Below are positions 54,047-63,552 of a stretch of DNA of 64,000 nucleotides, in pieces; the first letter of the stretch is position 1; the number at the start of each line of letters is the position of its first letter. This DNA comes from Acidimicrobiia bacterium (GTDB taxonomy: Bacteria; Actinomycetota; Acidimicrobiia; Acidimicrobiales; Aldehydirespiratoraceae), in assembly GCA_022820805.1 (NCBI GenBank), contig JAJEEV010000013.1:80967-144966 (forward strand), read 5' to 3'. The translations under genes were made by a program, and so were the position numbers. Under the pieces are notes generated by a model. That model worked only from the letters and a program-made list of their open reading frames with translations. It had not been told where the DNA came from and made no database searches.

Positions 54047-56440
54047 ATGACGGCGATTGTGTTGGAGCAGCCCCGGGTCCTGGTGCCCGGGCTGTTGATG
54101 GTTGAACCCGGCGTGGAGCGCTACCGGGTGACCGGAGGCGGCGCGACCGTGCTGGCGCTCGCGGCCGGTGACGAACTGGAGGTGGTGGACCCAGAGGGGC
54201 GCCAGCGCTGCGAGCTGGTCGCCTTCGACGCGGACGGGCGGTCCGACCCTGGATTGCTCCGCCCAGCCAGATCCGGGGGGAACGGCTCCAGCCCAGCATC
54301 AACCCACGAGCCCGCCGCTCTCGACATCCTGTCGGCCGACCTCAAGGACGCACGACGGGTGCGGGCCGGTCTCGAGCGGGCCGGCATCGACCTGACGGCT
54401 GTGCGTGCAGCCCGCCCCCTGAGGCTGCTCGACAGCGACACGCCCCCGGGGACCCGAGCCCGGGTGGTGGCTCACGCCGACGTGGCCTGCGTGGTGGCGG
54501 CTCCGGGCGAGGCCATGTCGTCCCACGGCGGGGTCCCGCCCACCGACCTGATCGCATACGTGCACCGCCACGACCCGGCCGCCAACGACGGCAGACCCCT
54601 GCTTCCCGCTCCGCTGGCCGACCCCAGCCAGGACTTCATCATCGAGCACAGCACCGCCGTCGCCTACCAGGTGGCCAAGGGAGACTGGTTCCAGGTGCTC
54701 GACATCGAGGGCCGGCAGTGCTCGGACTTCCAGTGCTTCGCGACAGCCGATCTCGAAGCGGGCGCCGAGCTCTCCCTCGACGCCACCATCACCCGCACCC
54801 TCATGGGCGCCACCTGCCCTGCTCCCGGCCTGTACTCGAAGTTCTACAACGCCAGGATGCAGCCCCTCGTGGAGGTGGTCCAGGACACCGTTGGCCGCCA
54901 CGACACGTTCAACACGGCCTGCAACGCCCGGTACTACGAGGAGATGGGCTACCCCGGCCACGTCAACTGCACCGAGAACATCAACGGCGTGCTCAGCCCC
55001 TACGGCGTGGCTCGCCGCCGGGGTTGGGAGGCCATCAACTTCTTCTACAACACCCAGCTGGACGACGCCAACCAGATCTACCTCGACGAGCCGTGGTCCC
55101 GTCCCGGCGACTATGTGCTGCTGCGAGCCCTGGAGGATCTGGTGTGCGTGTCCACCTCGTGCCCCGACGACGTCGACGCGGCCAACGGCTGGAACCCCAC
55201 CGACATCGCGGTGCGCGTCTACCCGGCCGCCAACCGGTTCAAGAAAGCGACGGCTGTTCGAATGACTGCAGACTCCGAGGCAAAGCTCACCGCCGAGACC
55301 GGGTTCCACCCCCGCACGTCGGCCCTGACCCGCAGCTTCACCGAGTACTGCGGCTACTGGCTGGCCGACTCCTACACGGGGCACGGCCCCATCAACGAGT
55401 ACTGGGCCTGCCGGCAGGCCGCGGCGGCCATCGACCTGTCGCCGCTGCGCAAGTACGAGGTGACCGGGCCCGACGCCGAGCTGCTGATGCAGACCTGCGT
55501 CACCCGCAATGTCCGCAAGCTGGCCGACGGCCAGGTGTCCTACACCGCGATGTGCCTCGACACCGGCGGCATGATCGACGACGGCACCGTGTTCCGGCTC
55601 GGGCAACAGAACTTCCGCTGGATCGGGGGGCAGCTCGGGTACAGCGGTGTGTGGCTCCGGGAGCAGGCCCAGCGCCTGGGGCTGCAGGTCTGGGTGCGCA
55701 GCTCCACCGAGCAGCTCCACAACCTGCAGGTCCAGGGCCCCAACAGCCGCCGCATCCTCGAGCAGGTCGTCTGGACCCGGCCCGACCAGCCGACGATCGC
55801 CGAGCTCGGATGGTTCCGGTTCACCATCGCACGCATCGGCGACTTCGACGGGATCCCGCTGGTGGTGTCCCGCACGGGCTACACCGGCGAACTCGGGTAC
55901 GAGGTGTTCTGCCACCCCTCCGACGCCCCGGCGGTATGGGACGCCGTCTTTGAGGCCGGCGCCGACCACGGCCTGGTGCCGATGGGGCTGGCCGCGCTCG
56001 ACATCCTGCGCATCGAGTCCGGCCTGGTGTTCGCCGGCTACGAGTTCTGCGACCAGACCGACCCCTACGAGGCCGGCATCGGCTTCACCGTGCCGCTCAA
56101 GACCAAGGAGGACGACTTCATCGGCCGCGACGCCCTCCTGGGGCGCCGTGACAACCCGCAGCGCCGTCTGGTGGGGCTGGAGGTGGCCGGGGGCGAACCG
56201 GCCGCCCACGGCGACGGTGTGTACGTCGGGCGCAACCAGGTCGGCGTCGTCACCAGCGCCACCATCTCGCCCATCCTCCGCAAGAACATCGCGCTGTGCC
56301 GCATGGCGGTGGAGCACTCCGAGATCGGCACCGGTGTCGAGGTCGGCAAGCTCGACGGACACGAGAAGCGCATCGCGGCCGAGGTGGTGCGGTACCCGTT
56401 CTACGACCCGGAAAAGACCAGGGTCCGCGGCCTGTCCTGA
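54047..56440 (+). CDS. tdm: Trimethylamine-N-oxide demethylase-like protein: DUF1989 region fused to a GcvT-type aminomethyltransferase (tetrahydrofolate-binding) domain
   Basis: GGGAGG RBS. DUF1989-type core KGDWFQVLDIEGRQCSDFQCF...GRHDTFNTACNARYYEEMGYPGH. The C-terminal half carries GcvT folds (YEVTGPDAELLMQ..., SRTGYTGELGYEVF). This two-part architecture is that of characterised Tdm. Confidence 0.82.
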   Translation: MTAIVLEQPRVLVPGLLMVEPGVERYRVTGGGATVLALAAGDELEVVDPEGRQRCELVAFDADGRSDPGLLRPARSGGNGSSPASTHEPAALDILSADLKDARRVRAGLERAGIDLTAVRAARPLRLLDSDTPPGTRARVVAHADVACVVAAPGEAMSSHGGVPPTDLIAYVHRHDPAANDGRPLLPAPLADPSQDFIIEHSTAVAYQVAKGDWFQVLDIEGRQCSDFQCFATADLEAGAELSLDATITRTLMGATCPAPGLYSKFYNARMQPLVEVVQDTVGRHDTFNTACNARYYEEMGYPGHVNCTENINGVLSPYGVARRRGWEAINFFYNTQLDDANQIYLDEPWSRPGDYVLLRALEDLVCVSTSCPDDVDAANGWNPTDIAVRVYPAANRFKKATAVRMTADSEAKLTAETGFHPRTSALTRSFTEYCGYWLADSYTGHGPINEYWACRQAAAAIDLSPLRKYEVTGPDAELLMQTCVTRNVRKLADGQVSYTAMCLDTGGMIDDGTVFRLGQQNFRWIGGQLGYSGVWLREQAQRLGLQVWVRSSTEQLHNLQVQGPNSRRILEQVVWTRPDQPTIAELGWFRFTIARIGDFDGIPLVVSRTGYTGELGYEVFCHPSDAPAVWDAVFEAGADHGLVPMGLAALDILRIESGLVFAGYEFCDQTDPYEAGIGFTVPLKTKEDDFIGRDALLGRRDNPQRRLVGLEVAGGEPAAHGDGVYVGRNQVGVVTSATISPILRKNIALCRMAVEHSEIGTGVEVGKLDGHEKRIAAEVVRYPFYDPEKTRVRGLS

Positions 56441-56443
56441 CCG

Positions 56444-56471
56444 CAGCCCGCAGCCCGCTGCCCGCTGCCCG
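56444..56471. repeat. Heptanucleotide tandem repeat (cagcccg x2, ctgcccg x2)
   Basis: Read directly between the convergent stops at 56440 (+) and 56479 (-). It overlaps a hairpin ccgctg...cagcgg (56462-56485). Confidence 0.85.
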
Positions 56472-56478
56472 GGCGGGG

Positions 56479-57363
56479 TCAGCGGCGCAGGACCTTGGGC
56501 ACGATCGTGCCGAAGTCCGACGGCAGCTTCACGATCGTCACGCCGCACTCCCGCATGAGCTGGACCTTCTCGGCCGCCGACTCGCCCACGGTGGAGACGA
56601 TGGCCCCGGCGTGGCCCATGGTCCGCCCCCTGGGCGCGGTGAGCCCCGCGATGTAGCCCACCACCGGCTTGTGCATGTGATCACGGGCGTACTGGGCGGC
56701 CTGCGCCTCCTGGAGCCCGCCGATCTCGCCGATCATCACGATCGCCTCGGTGTCGCCGTCCCTCTCGAACCGCTTGAGGTGATCCATGAAGGAGCTGCCG
56801 TTGATGGGGTCGCCGCCGATGCCGACGCTGGTGCTCACCCCGATGCCGACTGCTTTGAGCTGTGATGCCGCCTCGTAGCCGAGGGTCCCGGACCGGCTGA
56901 CGATGCCGACGGGACCCCGCTCGTAGATGTGCGGGGGCATGATGCCCATCATCGCCCGATCCGGGCTGATCACCCCGGCGCAGTTCGGTCCGATCAGGCA
57001 CATCCGGCCGGCGTGCTGGTAGCGCCGCTGGTAGCGCTTCACCTTGATCATGTCCTGGACCGGGATGCCCTCGGTGATGCACACGCAGTACTCGATCCCG
57101 GCGTCGGCCGCCTCCATGATGGCGTCGGCCGCGAAGGGCGGCGGCACGAACACGATGCTGGCGGTCGCCTCCGTGGCTGCCACTGCCTGCTTCATGGTGT
57201 CGAACACGTCGACGCCGCAGTGGCTGCTGCCGCCCCGTCCCGGGGTCACCCCGCCCACCACGTTGGTCCCGTACTCGAGCATCTCGGTTGTGTGGAAGGT
57301 GGCTATCCGTCCGGTTATGCCCTGCACCAGCACCGGCGTCTGCTCATCGAGGATGATGCTCAT
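56479..57363 (-). CDS. mtkB: Malate-CoA ligase (malate thiokinase) alpha subunit, SucD-like
   Basis: [18 protein letters not shown]..., [11 protein letters not shown] and [22 protein letters not shown]. From memory it is closer to Methylorubrum MtkB than to SucD. It lies next to mcl. The start overlaps the mtkA stop (ATGA). Confidence 0.8.
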   Translation of the reverse strand: MSIILDEQTPVLVQGITGRIATFHTTEMLEYGTNVVGGVTPGRGGSSHCGVDVFDTMKQAVAATEATASIVFVPPPFAADAIMEAADAGIEYCVCITEGIPVQDMIKVKRYQRRYQHAGRMCLIGPNCAGVISPDRAMMGIMPPHIYERGPVGIVSRSGTLGYEAASQLKAVGIGVSTSVGIGGDPINGSSFMDHLKRFERDGDTEAIVMIGEIGGLQEAQAAQYARDHMHKPVVGYIAGLTAPRGRTMGHAGAIVSTVGESAAEKVQLMRECGVTIVKLPSDFGTIVPKVLRR

Positions 57364-58535
57364 CTGGCCGCGCTCCCTTCCAGGGACTCCACCGCTCTCA
57401 CTCCGGCCTCGGCCAGCGAGTCCGCGGTCACCACCCCGACTCCGGCCTCGGACAGGATGCGCCGTCCCTCCTCGACGTTGGTCCCCGACAGCCGCACCAC
57501 CACCGGGACCTTGGGCTCGAGCTGCTGCACGGCTTGGACCACACCATCCGCCACCCAGTCGCAGCGGTTGATGCCAGCGAAGATGTTGACCAGCACGGCC
57601 TCGACGTTCTCGTCGGAGAGCACCAGCCGGAAGGCCTTCAGGACCCGTTCGGGCGAGGCACCGCCCCCGATGTCGAGGAAGTTGGCCGGCTCGCCGCCCG
57701 CGTGCTTGATCATGTCCAGGGTGGCCATGGCCAACCCGGCGCCGTTGATGATGCAGCCGATGCTGCCGTCGAGCCCCACGTAGCTGAGACCGCGGTCGAT
57801 GGCAGTCCGCTCCCGGGGGTCCTCCTGGGACTTGTCCCGCAGCTCGGACACGTCCTGGTGCCGGAACAGGGCGTTGTCGTCGAAGGTCATCTTGGCGTCC
57901 AGAGCCACCAGACGGCCGTCGGAGGTGACCGCCAGCGGGTTGATCTCGAGCATGGTGGCGTCCAGATCGCCGAAGGTGCGGTAGCAGGCCGACATGACCT
58001 GGACCGCCTGCGGGACCAGCGCCGCCTCGAGTCCCACCGCGAAGGCGATCTCGCGGGCCTCGAACGCCTGGAGTCCCACCGCCGGCTCGACGTTCACCCG
58101 CACGATGCCGGCGGGATCGCGGGCCGCGATCTCCTCGATGTCCATCCCGCCCTCGGCGGAGGCCACGACCATCACCCGCTCGGCCGAGCGGTCGAGCACG
58201 AACCCCAGGTAGATCTCCCGCTCAGCGGCGACGGCGGCCTCGACATAGAGCCGGTACACGCCTATGCCCCGCTCGCCGGTCTGCTGGGTCACCAGCCGCT
58301 TCCCGAGCAGGTCGTCGGCCGCGTCCCAGACCTCCCGCTCGTTGCTGCACATCCTGATCCCGCCGGCCTGGCCCCGGGCGCCGGTATGGACCTGAGCCTT
58401 GACGACCCACTGCTCGCCACCGATCTCCGAGGCCCGGTAGGTCGCCTGCTCGGGGCTGTAGGCCAGACCTCCCTCGGGAATGGCCACGCCGTAGTCGGCC
58501 AGGATCGCCTTGGCCTGATACTCGTGAATCTCCAT
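57360..58535 (-). CDS. mtkA: Malate-CoA ligase (malate thiokinase) beta subunit, SucC-like
   Basis: ATG at 58535 with an [23 protein letters not shown].... The segment [17 protein letters not shown] matches the MtkA form (SucC has NIFGGIVRCD). [27 protein letters not shown] is likewise MtkA-like. Confidence 0.82.
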   Translation of the reverse strand: MEIHEYQAKAILADYGVAIPEGGLAYSPEQATYRASEIGGEQWVVKAQVHTGARGQAGGIRMCSNEREVWDAADDLLGKRLVTQQTGERGIGVYRLYVEAAVAAEREIYLGFVLDRSAERVMVVASAEGGMDIEEIAARDPAGIVRVNVEPAVGLQAFEAREIAFAVGLEAALVPQAVQVMSACYRTFGDLDATMLEINPLAVTSDGRLVALDAKMTFDDNALFRHQDVSELRDKSQEDPRERTAIDRGLSYVGLDGSIGCIINGAGLAMATLDMIKHAGGEPANFLDIGGGASPERVLKAFRLVLSDENVEAVLVNIFAGINRCDWVADGVVQAVQQLEPKVPVVVRLSGTNVEEGRRILSEAGVGVVTADSLAEAGVRAVESLEGSAAR

Positions 58536-58597
58536 GAACGTCCCTCCTGTCGCTCGATCCCTGTGCGCTCGCCGCGGAGACCGCCTGCGATCCCGCT

Positions 58598-59542
58598 TCA
58601 GCACCCCCGGGCCGAGATGGCCCCGGCCGTCTCGACCACGTTGGCGGCCATCCGGGCTGAGGCCGCGTCGATCATGCGGCCGTCGAGCTGGGCGGCGCCC
58701 CGGCCGGCCGCGGCCGCCTCCTCCAGTGCTTGGAGCACCCGGCGGGCCTGATCCACCTCGGCGGGTGGAGGGGTGAACACCTCGTTGGCCAGATCGACCT
58801 GCGACGGGTGGATGGCCCACTTGCCGTCATAGCCGAGAGCCGCGGCCCGGCGGGCCCCCGCGGTGAAGCCCTCGGGATCACCGAAGTCCCCGAAGGGTCC
58901 GTCGATGGCGCGCAGCCCGTTGGCCCGGCACGCCACCAGCATGCGCGACAGCGCCGAATGCCACTGGTCGCCCGGATAGTCGGGGTTGAGCCCTCCGATG
59001 GTGATCGTGCGAGCACGGCACGAGGCTGCGTAGTCCGCCACCCCGAAGTGGAGCGCCTCGAGCCGCGGGCTCGACGCGGCCACCGCCTCCACGTTGGCCA
59101 TTCCCAGCGCCGTCTCGATGAGGGCCTCCACGCCGATGCGGTGGTCCAGGCCCACCGCCTGCTCGATCTGGGTGACGATCGCGTCGACGGTGTAGATGTC
59201 GCCGGGCACCCCCACCTTGGGGACCAGGATCGTGTCGAGCCGAGCCCCGGCCTGCTCCACCACATCGATCAGATCGCGGTACATGTAAGGCGTGTCGAGG
59301 CCGTTGATCCGCACCGACACCGTCTTCTTGGCCCGGTGCCAGTCGATGTTGCCCAGGGCCTCGATGACGTTGCGCCGGGCCGCTTCCTTGTCGTCGGGAG
59401 CGACCGCGTCCTCCAGGTCCAGGAAGACGTAGTCGGCCCGGCCGGCCGCGGCCTTCTCGAACAACTCGGGCCGCGAGCCGGGCACCGCCAACTCGCTGCG
59501 GTGCAGCCGACGCTTCGCCTCGGTGATCTGATGATGGCTCAT
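58598..59542 (-). CDS. mcl: L-malyl-CoA / beta-methylmalyl-CoA lyase (HpcH/CitE family)
   Basis: The ATG at 59542 gives [23 protein letters not shown].... [26 protein letters not shown] and [19 protein letters not shown] track the remembered MclA sequence almost motif for motif. Confidence 0.87.
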   Translation of the reverse strand: MSHHQITEAKRRLHRSELAVPGSRPELFEKAAAGRADYVFLDLEDAVAPDDKEAARRNVIEALGNIDWHRAKKTVSVRINGLDTPYMYRDLIDVVEQAGARLDTILVPKVGVPGDIYTVDAIVTQIEQAVGLDHRIGVEALIETALGMANVEAVAASSPRLEALHFGVADYAASCRARTITIGGLNPDYPGDQWHSALSRMLVACRANGLRAIDGPFGDFGDPEGFTAGARRAAALGYDGKWAIHPSQVDLANEVFTPPPAEVDQARRVLQALEEAAAAGRGAAQLDGRMIDAASARMAANVVETAGAISARGC

Positions 59543-59652
59543 ACTCGACGCCTCCCCGTCTGTCATCGAGGTACCCCGGTTGACGGCCAACGGCGAGAAT
59601 GGACCCGCACATCGGCCGTCTCTCTTGCGACCTCCAAGCCTGAACCACTACT

Positions 59653-59668
59653 GTGATGAAAGTATCAC
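59653..59668. promoter_or_regulatory. 16-bp palindrome GTGATgaaagtATCAC in the mcl / aminotransferase divergent intergenic region
   Basis: Perfect 5-bp arms with a 6-bp spacer inside an AT-rich patch (59641-59680), between divergent starts at 59542 (-) and 59693 (+). Confidence 0.3.
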
Positions 59669-59692
59669 TAATTGGATGGGTGGTCCAGTCCG

Positions 59693-60787
59693 ATGCAGCA
59701 CGCCGAAAGAATCCTCATGGGCCCAGGCCCGTCGAATCCCTATCCAGAGGTCATCGAGGCCTTCACCCGGCCGGTGATGGGCCACCTGGACGGCGACTTC
59801 CTCGAGTTGCTCGACGACACCTGCGACCGCCTGCGAGCGGTGTTCCGCACACAGAACGCCCTGACCTTTCCCGTGTCGGGAACCGGGTCGGCCGGTATGG
59901 AGGCCGCGTTCGTGAACCTGGTCTCCGGAGGCGAGACAGTGGTCGTGGGCGTGAACGGGGTGTTCGGCGAGCGCATGTGCGACGCAGCAGCCCGGTGCGG
60001 CGCGCGAGTCGTGCGAGTGGACGAGGAATGGGGCACGCCGCTGGAGCCGCAGCGCATCCTGGAAGCTCATCCCGACCCGGCCGTGATCGCGGTCGTCCAC
60101 GCGGAGACATCCACCGGGGTTCGCAACGATCTGGCCGGGCTGGGCTCGGCCAAGGGGGACGCGCTGCTGCTGGCGGACTGCGTCACGTCGCTCGGCGGGA
60201 TCGACGTTCGCCTCGACGACTGGGGCGTGGACATCGCCTTCAGCGGAACCCAGAAGTGCCTCGGGGTGCCGCCGGGCCTGGCGCCCGTCAGCGTCTCGCC
60301 CCGGGCCGTCGAGCGGATGCACTGCCGGCCCCAGTCGTGGTACTTCGACATGGGGATGATCGCCGACTACGTCAACGGCGCCGGCGCGAGGGCCTATCAC
60401 CACACCGCTCCGATCTCGATGATCTACGCGCTCCACGCCGGCCTGGGCGTGGTGCTGGACGAGGGGCTGGAGGAAGCCCACGCCCGGCACCAGGAATGCG
60501 GGGACATGCTCCAGGCCGGACTCGAGGCCCGGGGATTCGACCTGGTGGCTCCGAGCGAGGCCCGCCTGCCCCAGCTCACCTCGGTGCACGTGCCCGAGGC
60601 GCGCCTGCCACCAGACACGGGCGAGGCCGACATCCGCCGAGTGCTGCTCGAGCGCTACGGCATCGAGATCGGCGGCGGGCTGGGTGCCCTGGCGGGCAAG
60701 TGCTGGCGTATCGGTTGCATGGGACACACCGCCCGGGCCCGCAACGTGACGCTGGTTCTGGCAGCCCTCGACGAGGTGCTCGCCTAG
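59693..60787 (+). CDS. Class V aminotransferase, alanine/serine-glyoxylate aminotransferase type
   Basis: The ATG at 59693 gives MQHAERILMGPGPSN; the track start at 59672 is TTG. PLP-lysine context FSGTQKCLG and the C-terminal WRIGCMGH are typical of the AGXT/Sga family. Confidence 0.85.
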   Translation: MQHAERILMGPGPSNPYPEVIEAFTRPVMGHLDGDFLELLDDTCDRLRAVFRTQNALTFPVSGTGSAGMEAAFVNLVSGGETVVVGVNGVFGERMCDAAARCGARVVRVDEEWGTPLEPQRILEAHPDPAVIAVVHAETSTGVRNDLAGLGSAKGDALLLADCVTSLGGIDVRLDDWGVDIAFSGTQKCLGVPPGLAPVSVSPRAVERMHCRPQSWYFDMGMIADYVNGAGARAYHHTAPISMIYALHAGLGVVLDEGLEEAHARHQECGDMLQAGLEARGFDLVAPSEARLPQLTSVHVPEARLPPDTGEADIRRVLLERYGIEIGGGLGALAGKCWRIGCMGHTARARNVTLVLAALDEVLA

Positions 60788-60875
60788 CGGCTAGTTTCGC
60801 CCCCGCGCGTTGGCATCAGGGTGCGCTAGGTTTTACTGTCACTACCGATACACATAATCACAGGGGGGATTCTCC

Positions 60876-62222
60876 ATGACTCGAGTAGCTGTCATCGGTG
60901 CCGGGCCGTGCGGGCTGTCGCAGTTGCATGCCTTCGCCAGCGATTCCGGGGCAGGCGGCGCAGACGCGCCCGAGATCGTCTGCTACGAGAAGCAGTCCGA
61001 CTGGGGCGGGCTCTGGAACTACGACTGGCGCACCGGGCTCGATGAGCACGGCGAGCCCTGCCACGCCAGTATGTACCGCTACCTGTGGTCCAACGGCCCC
61101 AAGGAGTGCCTGGAGTTCGCCGACTACAGCTTCGAGGAGCACTTCGGCAAGCCGATCGCGTCGTTCCCGCCCCGCGAGGTCCTCTACGACTACATCATCG
61201 GACGGGCCAGCCGCAGCGGCTTCCGCGACCAGATCCGCTTCAACCATCCGGTGCGCCGCGTCAGCCGCTCGGCCGGTGGCGACGGGTTCACGGTCACTGC
61301 CCACGACCAGGCCAACGACACCGACACCAGCGAGGACTTCGACTACGTGGTGGTGTCCACCGGGCACTTCTCCATCCCCAACATGCCCCACTACCCCGGC
61401 TACGAGACCTTCGGCGGCACGCTGCTGCACGCCCACGACTTCCGCGACGCAGTGCAGTTCGAGGACCGGAACGTCCTCGTGATCGGATCGAGCTACTCGG
61501 CCGAGGACATCGCCTCACAGCTCTGGAAGTACGGCGCCCGCTCGGTGATCTGCACGTCCCGCAGCGGCCCAATGGGCTTCGACTGGCCCGACGGCATCAC
61601 TGAGAGGCCCATCCTGACCCATGTCGACGGCCGCACCGTGCACTTCGTCGACGGGTCCACTGCCGACGTGGACGCCATCGTCTCCTGCACCGGCTACCTG
61701 CACCACTTCCCGTTCGTGGACGACGACCTGCGCCTGGTCACCGCCAACCGGCTGGCCACCTCCATGCTGTACCGCGGCGTGGTGTTCCAGCCCGAGAACC
61801 GGATCCTCTACCTGGGGATGCAGGACCAGTGGTACACGTTCAACATGTTCGACGCCCAGGCCTGGTACGCCCGCGACGTGATCCTGGGCCGCATCGAGCT
61901 GCCCGGCGCGGCCGAGCAGGCCCGCTGGATCGAGGAGCGCCAGGCAGAGGAGGACGCGCTGGCAGACGACTACGCGTGCATCGACTTCCAGGGCGCCTAC
62001 ACCCAGGACCTGGTGGACCAGACCGACTATCCCGACTTCAACACGCCGCTGGTCAACCAGATGTTCTACGACTGGAAGAAGCACAAGAAGCAGTCGATCA
62101 TCGGCTACCGCGACCACGGGCACACCTCGCCGCTGACGGGCACGGTGGCACCCATCCACCACACGTCGTGGGAGGACGCCCTCGACGACTCGCTGGAGTC
62201 CTACCTGGCCGACTCGGCCTGA
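60876..62222 (+). CDS. tmm: Trimethylamine monooxygenase (bacterial flavin-containing monooxygenase)
   Basis: AGGGGGGA RBS. FAD motif VIGAGPCG, FMO motif FGGTLLHAHDF and NADPH motif VIGSSYSAEDI. The stretch CYEKQSDWGGLWNYDWRTGLDEHGEPCHASMYRYLWSNGPKECLEFADYSFEEHFGKPI is near-identical in pattern to remembered Tmm sequences. Confidence 0.9.
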   Translation: MTRVAVIGAGPCGLSQLHAFASDSGAGGADAPEIVCYEKQSDWGGLWNYDWRTGLDEHGEPCHASMYRYLWSNGPKECLEFADYSFEEHFGKPIASFPPREVLYDYIIGRASRSGFRDQIRFNHPVRRVSRSAGGDGFTVTAHDQANDTDTSEDFDYVVVSTGHFSIPNMPHYPGYETFGGTLLHAHDFRDAVQFEDRNVLVIGSSYSAEDIASQLWKYGARSVICTSRSGPMGFDWPDGITERPILTHVDGRTVHFVDGSTADVDAIVSCTGYLHHFPFVDDDLRLVTANRLATSMLYRGVVFQPENRILYLGMQDQWYTFNMFDAQAWYARDVILGRIELPGAAEQARWIEERQAEEDALADDYACIDFQGAYTQDLVDQTDYPDFNTPLVNQMFYDWKKHKKQSIIGYRDHGHTSPLTGTVAPIHHTSWEDALDDSLESYLADSA

Positions 62223-62250
62223 GAGGCCGAGCAGTCCCAACCTGCCCGCC

Positions 62251-63504
62251 ATGGACGATGTGATCATCGTCGGGGGCGGGATCGGCGGGCTCACGCTGGC
62301 GCTCATGCTGCACGAGCGCGGCATCGGCGCACGCGTCTACGAGGCCGCGCCGGAGATCAAGCCCATCGGGGTGGGGATCAGCCTGCTTCCCCACGCCAGC
62401 AAGGAGCTGGGTCTGCTGGGACTCACCGGCGCCCTGGCCGACGTGGCCGTGACCACCAGGGAGTCCTGCTTCTTCAACCGGTTCGGGCAGTTCGTCTACT
62501 CCGAGCCCGTGGGCCGCTACGCCGGCTACGACTGGCCCCAGTTCCAGATCCACCGGGGCGATCTGCAGCAGGTGCTGTACGAGGCCTACGTCGAACGGGT
62601 CGTCGGGGGCGCCGGGCGAGTGCTGACCGGGCATCGCTGCACCGGCACCGACTCGGACGCCCGGGGAGCGGTGGCCCACTTCGTCGACTCCAGCACCGGC
62701 GCCCGGCTGCAGGCGGCGCGGGGCGCCGCGGTCATCGGCTGCGACGGCATTCACTCCGCGGTGCGGAGGCAGTTCTTCGGTGACGAGGGCCCGCCCGTCT
62801 ACTCCGGTGTCAACATGTGGCGGGGCACCACCGTCTGGGAGCCGTTCCTCAGCGGGTCCACCTACCTCAGGGCCGGCTGGCTGACAGTCGGAAAGATGGT
62901 GATCTACCCGATCCGCCACAACGTCGACGGCCGGGGCCGCCAGCTCGTCAACTGGGTGGCCGAGGTGCAGACCGACTCCTACAACGAGCAGGACTGGAAC
63001 CGGGTCGGCCGCCTCGAGGACTTCCACCACGTCTTCGCCGACTGGACCTTCGACTGGCTCGATGTGGCCGGGCTGATCCGGGACTCCGAGCAGATCCTCG
63101 AGTATCCGATGGTGGACCGGGATCCGCTGCCGAGATGGACCCACGGACGGGTGACGCTGCTGGGCGACGCGGCCCATCCCATGTACCCGCGCGGCTCCAA
63201 CGGCGCGGGCCAAGCCATCCTGGACGCAAGGGCGCTGGCCGACGCCCTGCAGTCGCGAGGGTCGGTGACCGAAGCCCTGCAGGCCTACGAGGACCAGCGA
63301 CTCGCAGCCACCGCCGCAGTGGTGCACGCCAGCCGGTCGGCGCCCCCCGACGTGATCCTGAAGGCGGTCCACGAGCGCACCGGGGACCGCCCCTTCGGGC
63401 GCATCGACGACGTGATCACCGCGCAGGAGATGGCGGCCCTGTCCGACAGCTACAAGCGAGTCGCCGGGTACCACCGCGACTCCCTCGCGACACCCTCGTC
63501 CTAG
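62251..63504 (+). CDS. FAD-dependent aromatic-ring-hydroxylase-like monooxygenase
   Basis: IIVGGGIGGLTLA dinucleotide fold, GCDGIHSAVR, and LLGDAAHPMYPRGSNGAGQAILDA. Confidence 0.85.
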   Translation: MDDVIIVGGGIGGLTLALMLHERGIGARVYEAAPEIKPIGVGISLLPHASKELGLLGLTGALADVAVTTRESCFFNRFGQFVYSEPVGRYAGYDWPQFQIHRGDLQQVLYEAYVERVVGGAGRVLTGHRCTGTDSDARGAVAHFVDSSTGARLQAARGAAVIGCDGIHSAVRRQFFGDEGPPVYSGVNMWRGTTVWEPFLSGSTYLRAGWLTVGKMVIYPIRHNVDGRGRQLVNWVAEVQTDSYNEQDWNRVGRLEDFHHVFADWTFDWLDVAGLIRDSEQILEYPMVDRDPLPRWTHGRVTLLGDAAHPMYPRGSNGAGQAILDARALADALQSRGSVTEALQAYEDQRLAATAAVVHASRSAPPDVILKAVHERTGDRPFGRIDDVITAQEMAALSDSYKRVAGYHRDSLATPSS

Positions 63505-63552
63505 CCGCAAGGCCGATTGGGTCGAGCCGCTAAGCCTCTTACGCTTGGGCGA

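Noticed and set aside
56479-58535. Annotating these genes as succinyl-CoA synthetase sucCD.
   Set aside because: The [17 protein letters not shown] segment and several other stretches match the remembered MtkA/MtkB forms rather than SucC/SucD. The genes are also adjacent to malyl-CoA lyase. A proper alignment is still needed.
59651-59669. CRP/GlxR-type site (TGTGA-N6-TCACA) overlapping the palindrome.
   Set aside because: The left half TGTGA is present, but the right half at the correct spacing is TATCA (3/5). The perfect symmetry is GTGAT-N6-ATCAC, which gives GTG-N10-CAC rather than the CRP GTG-N8-CAC.
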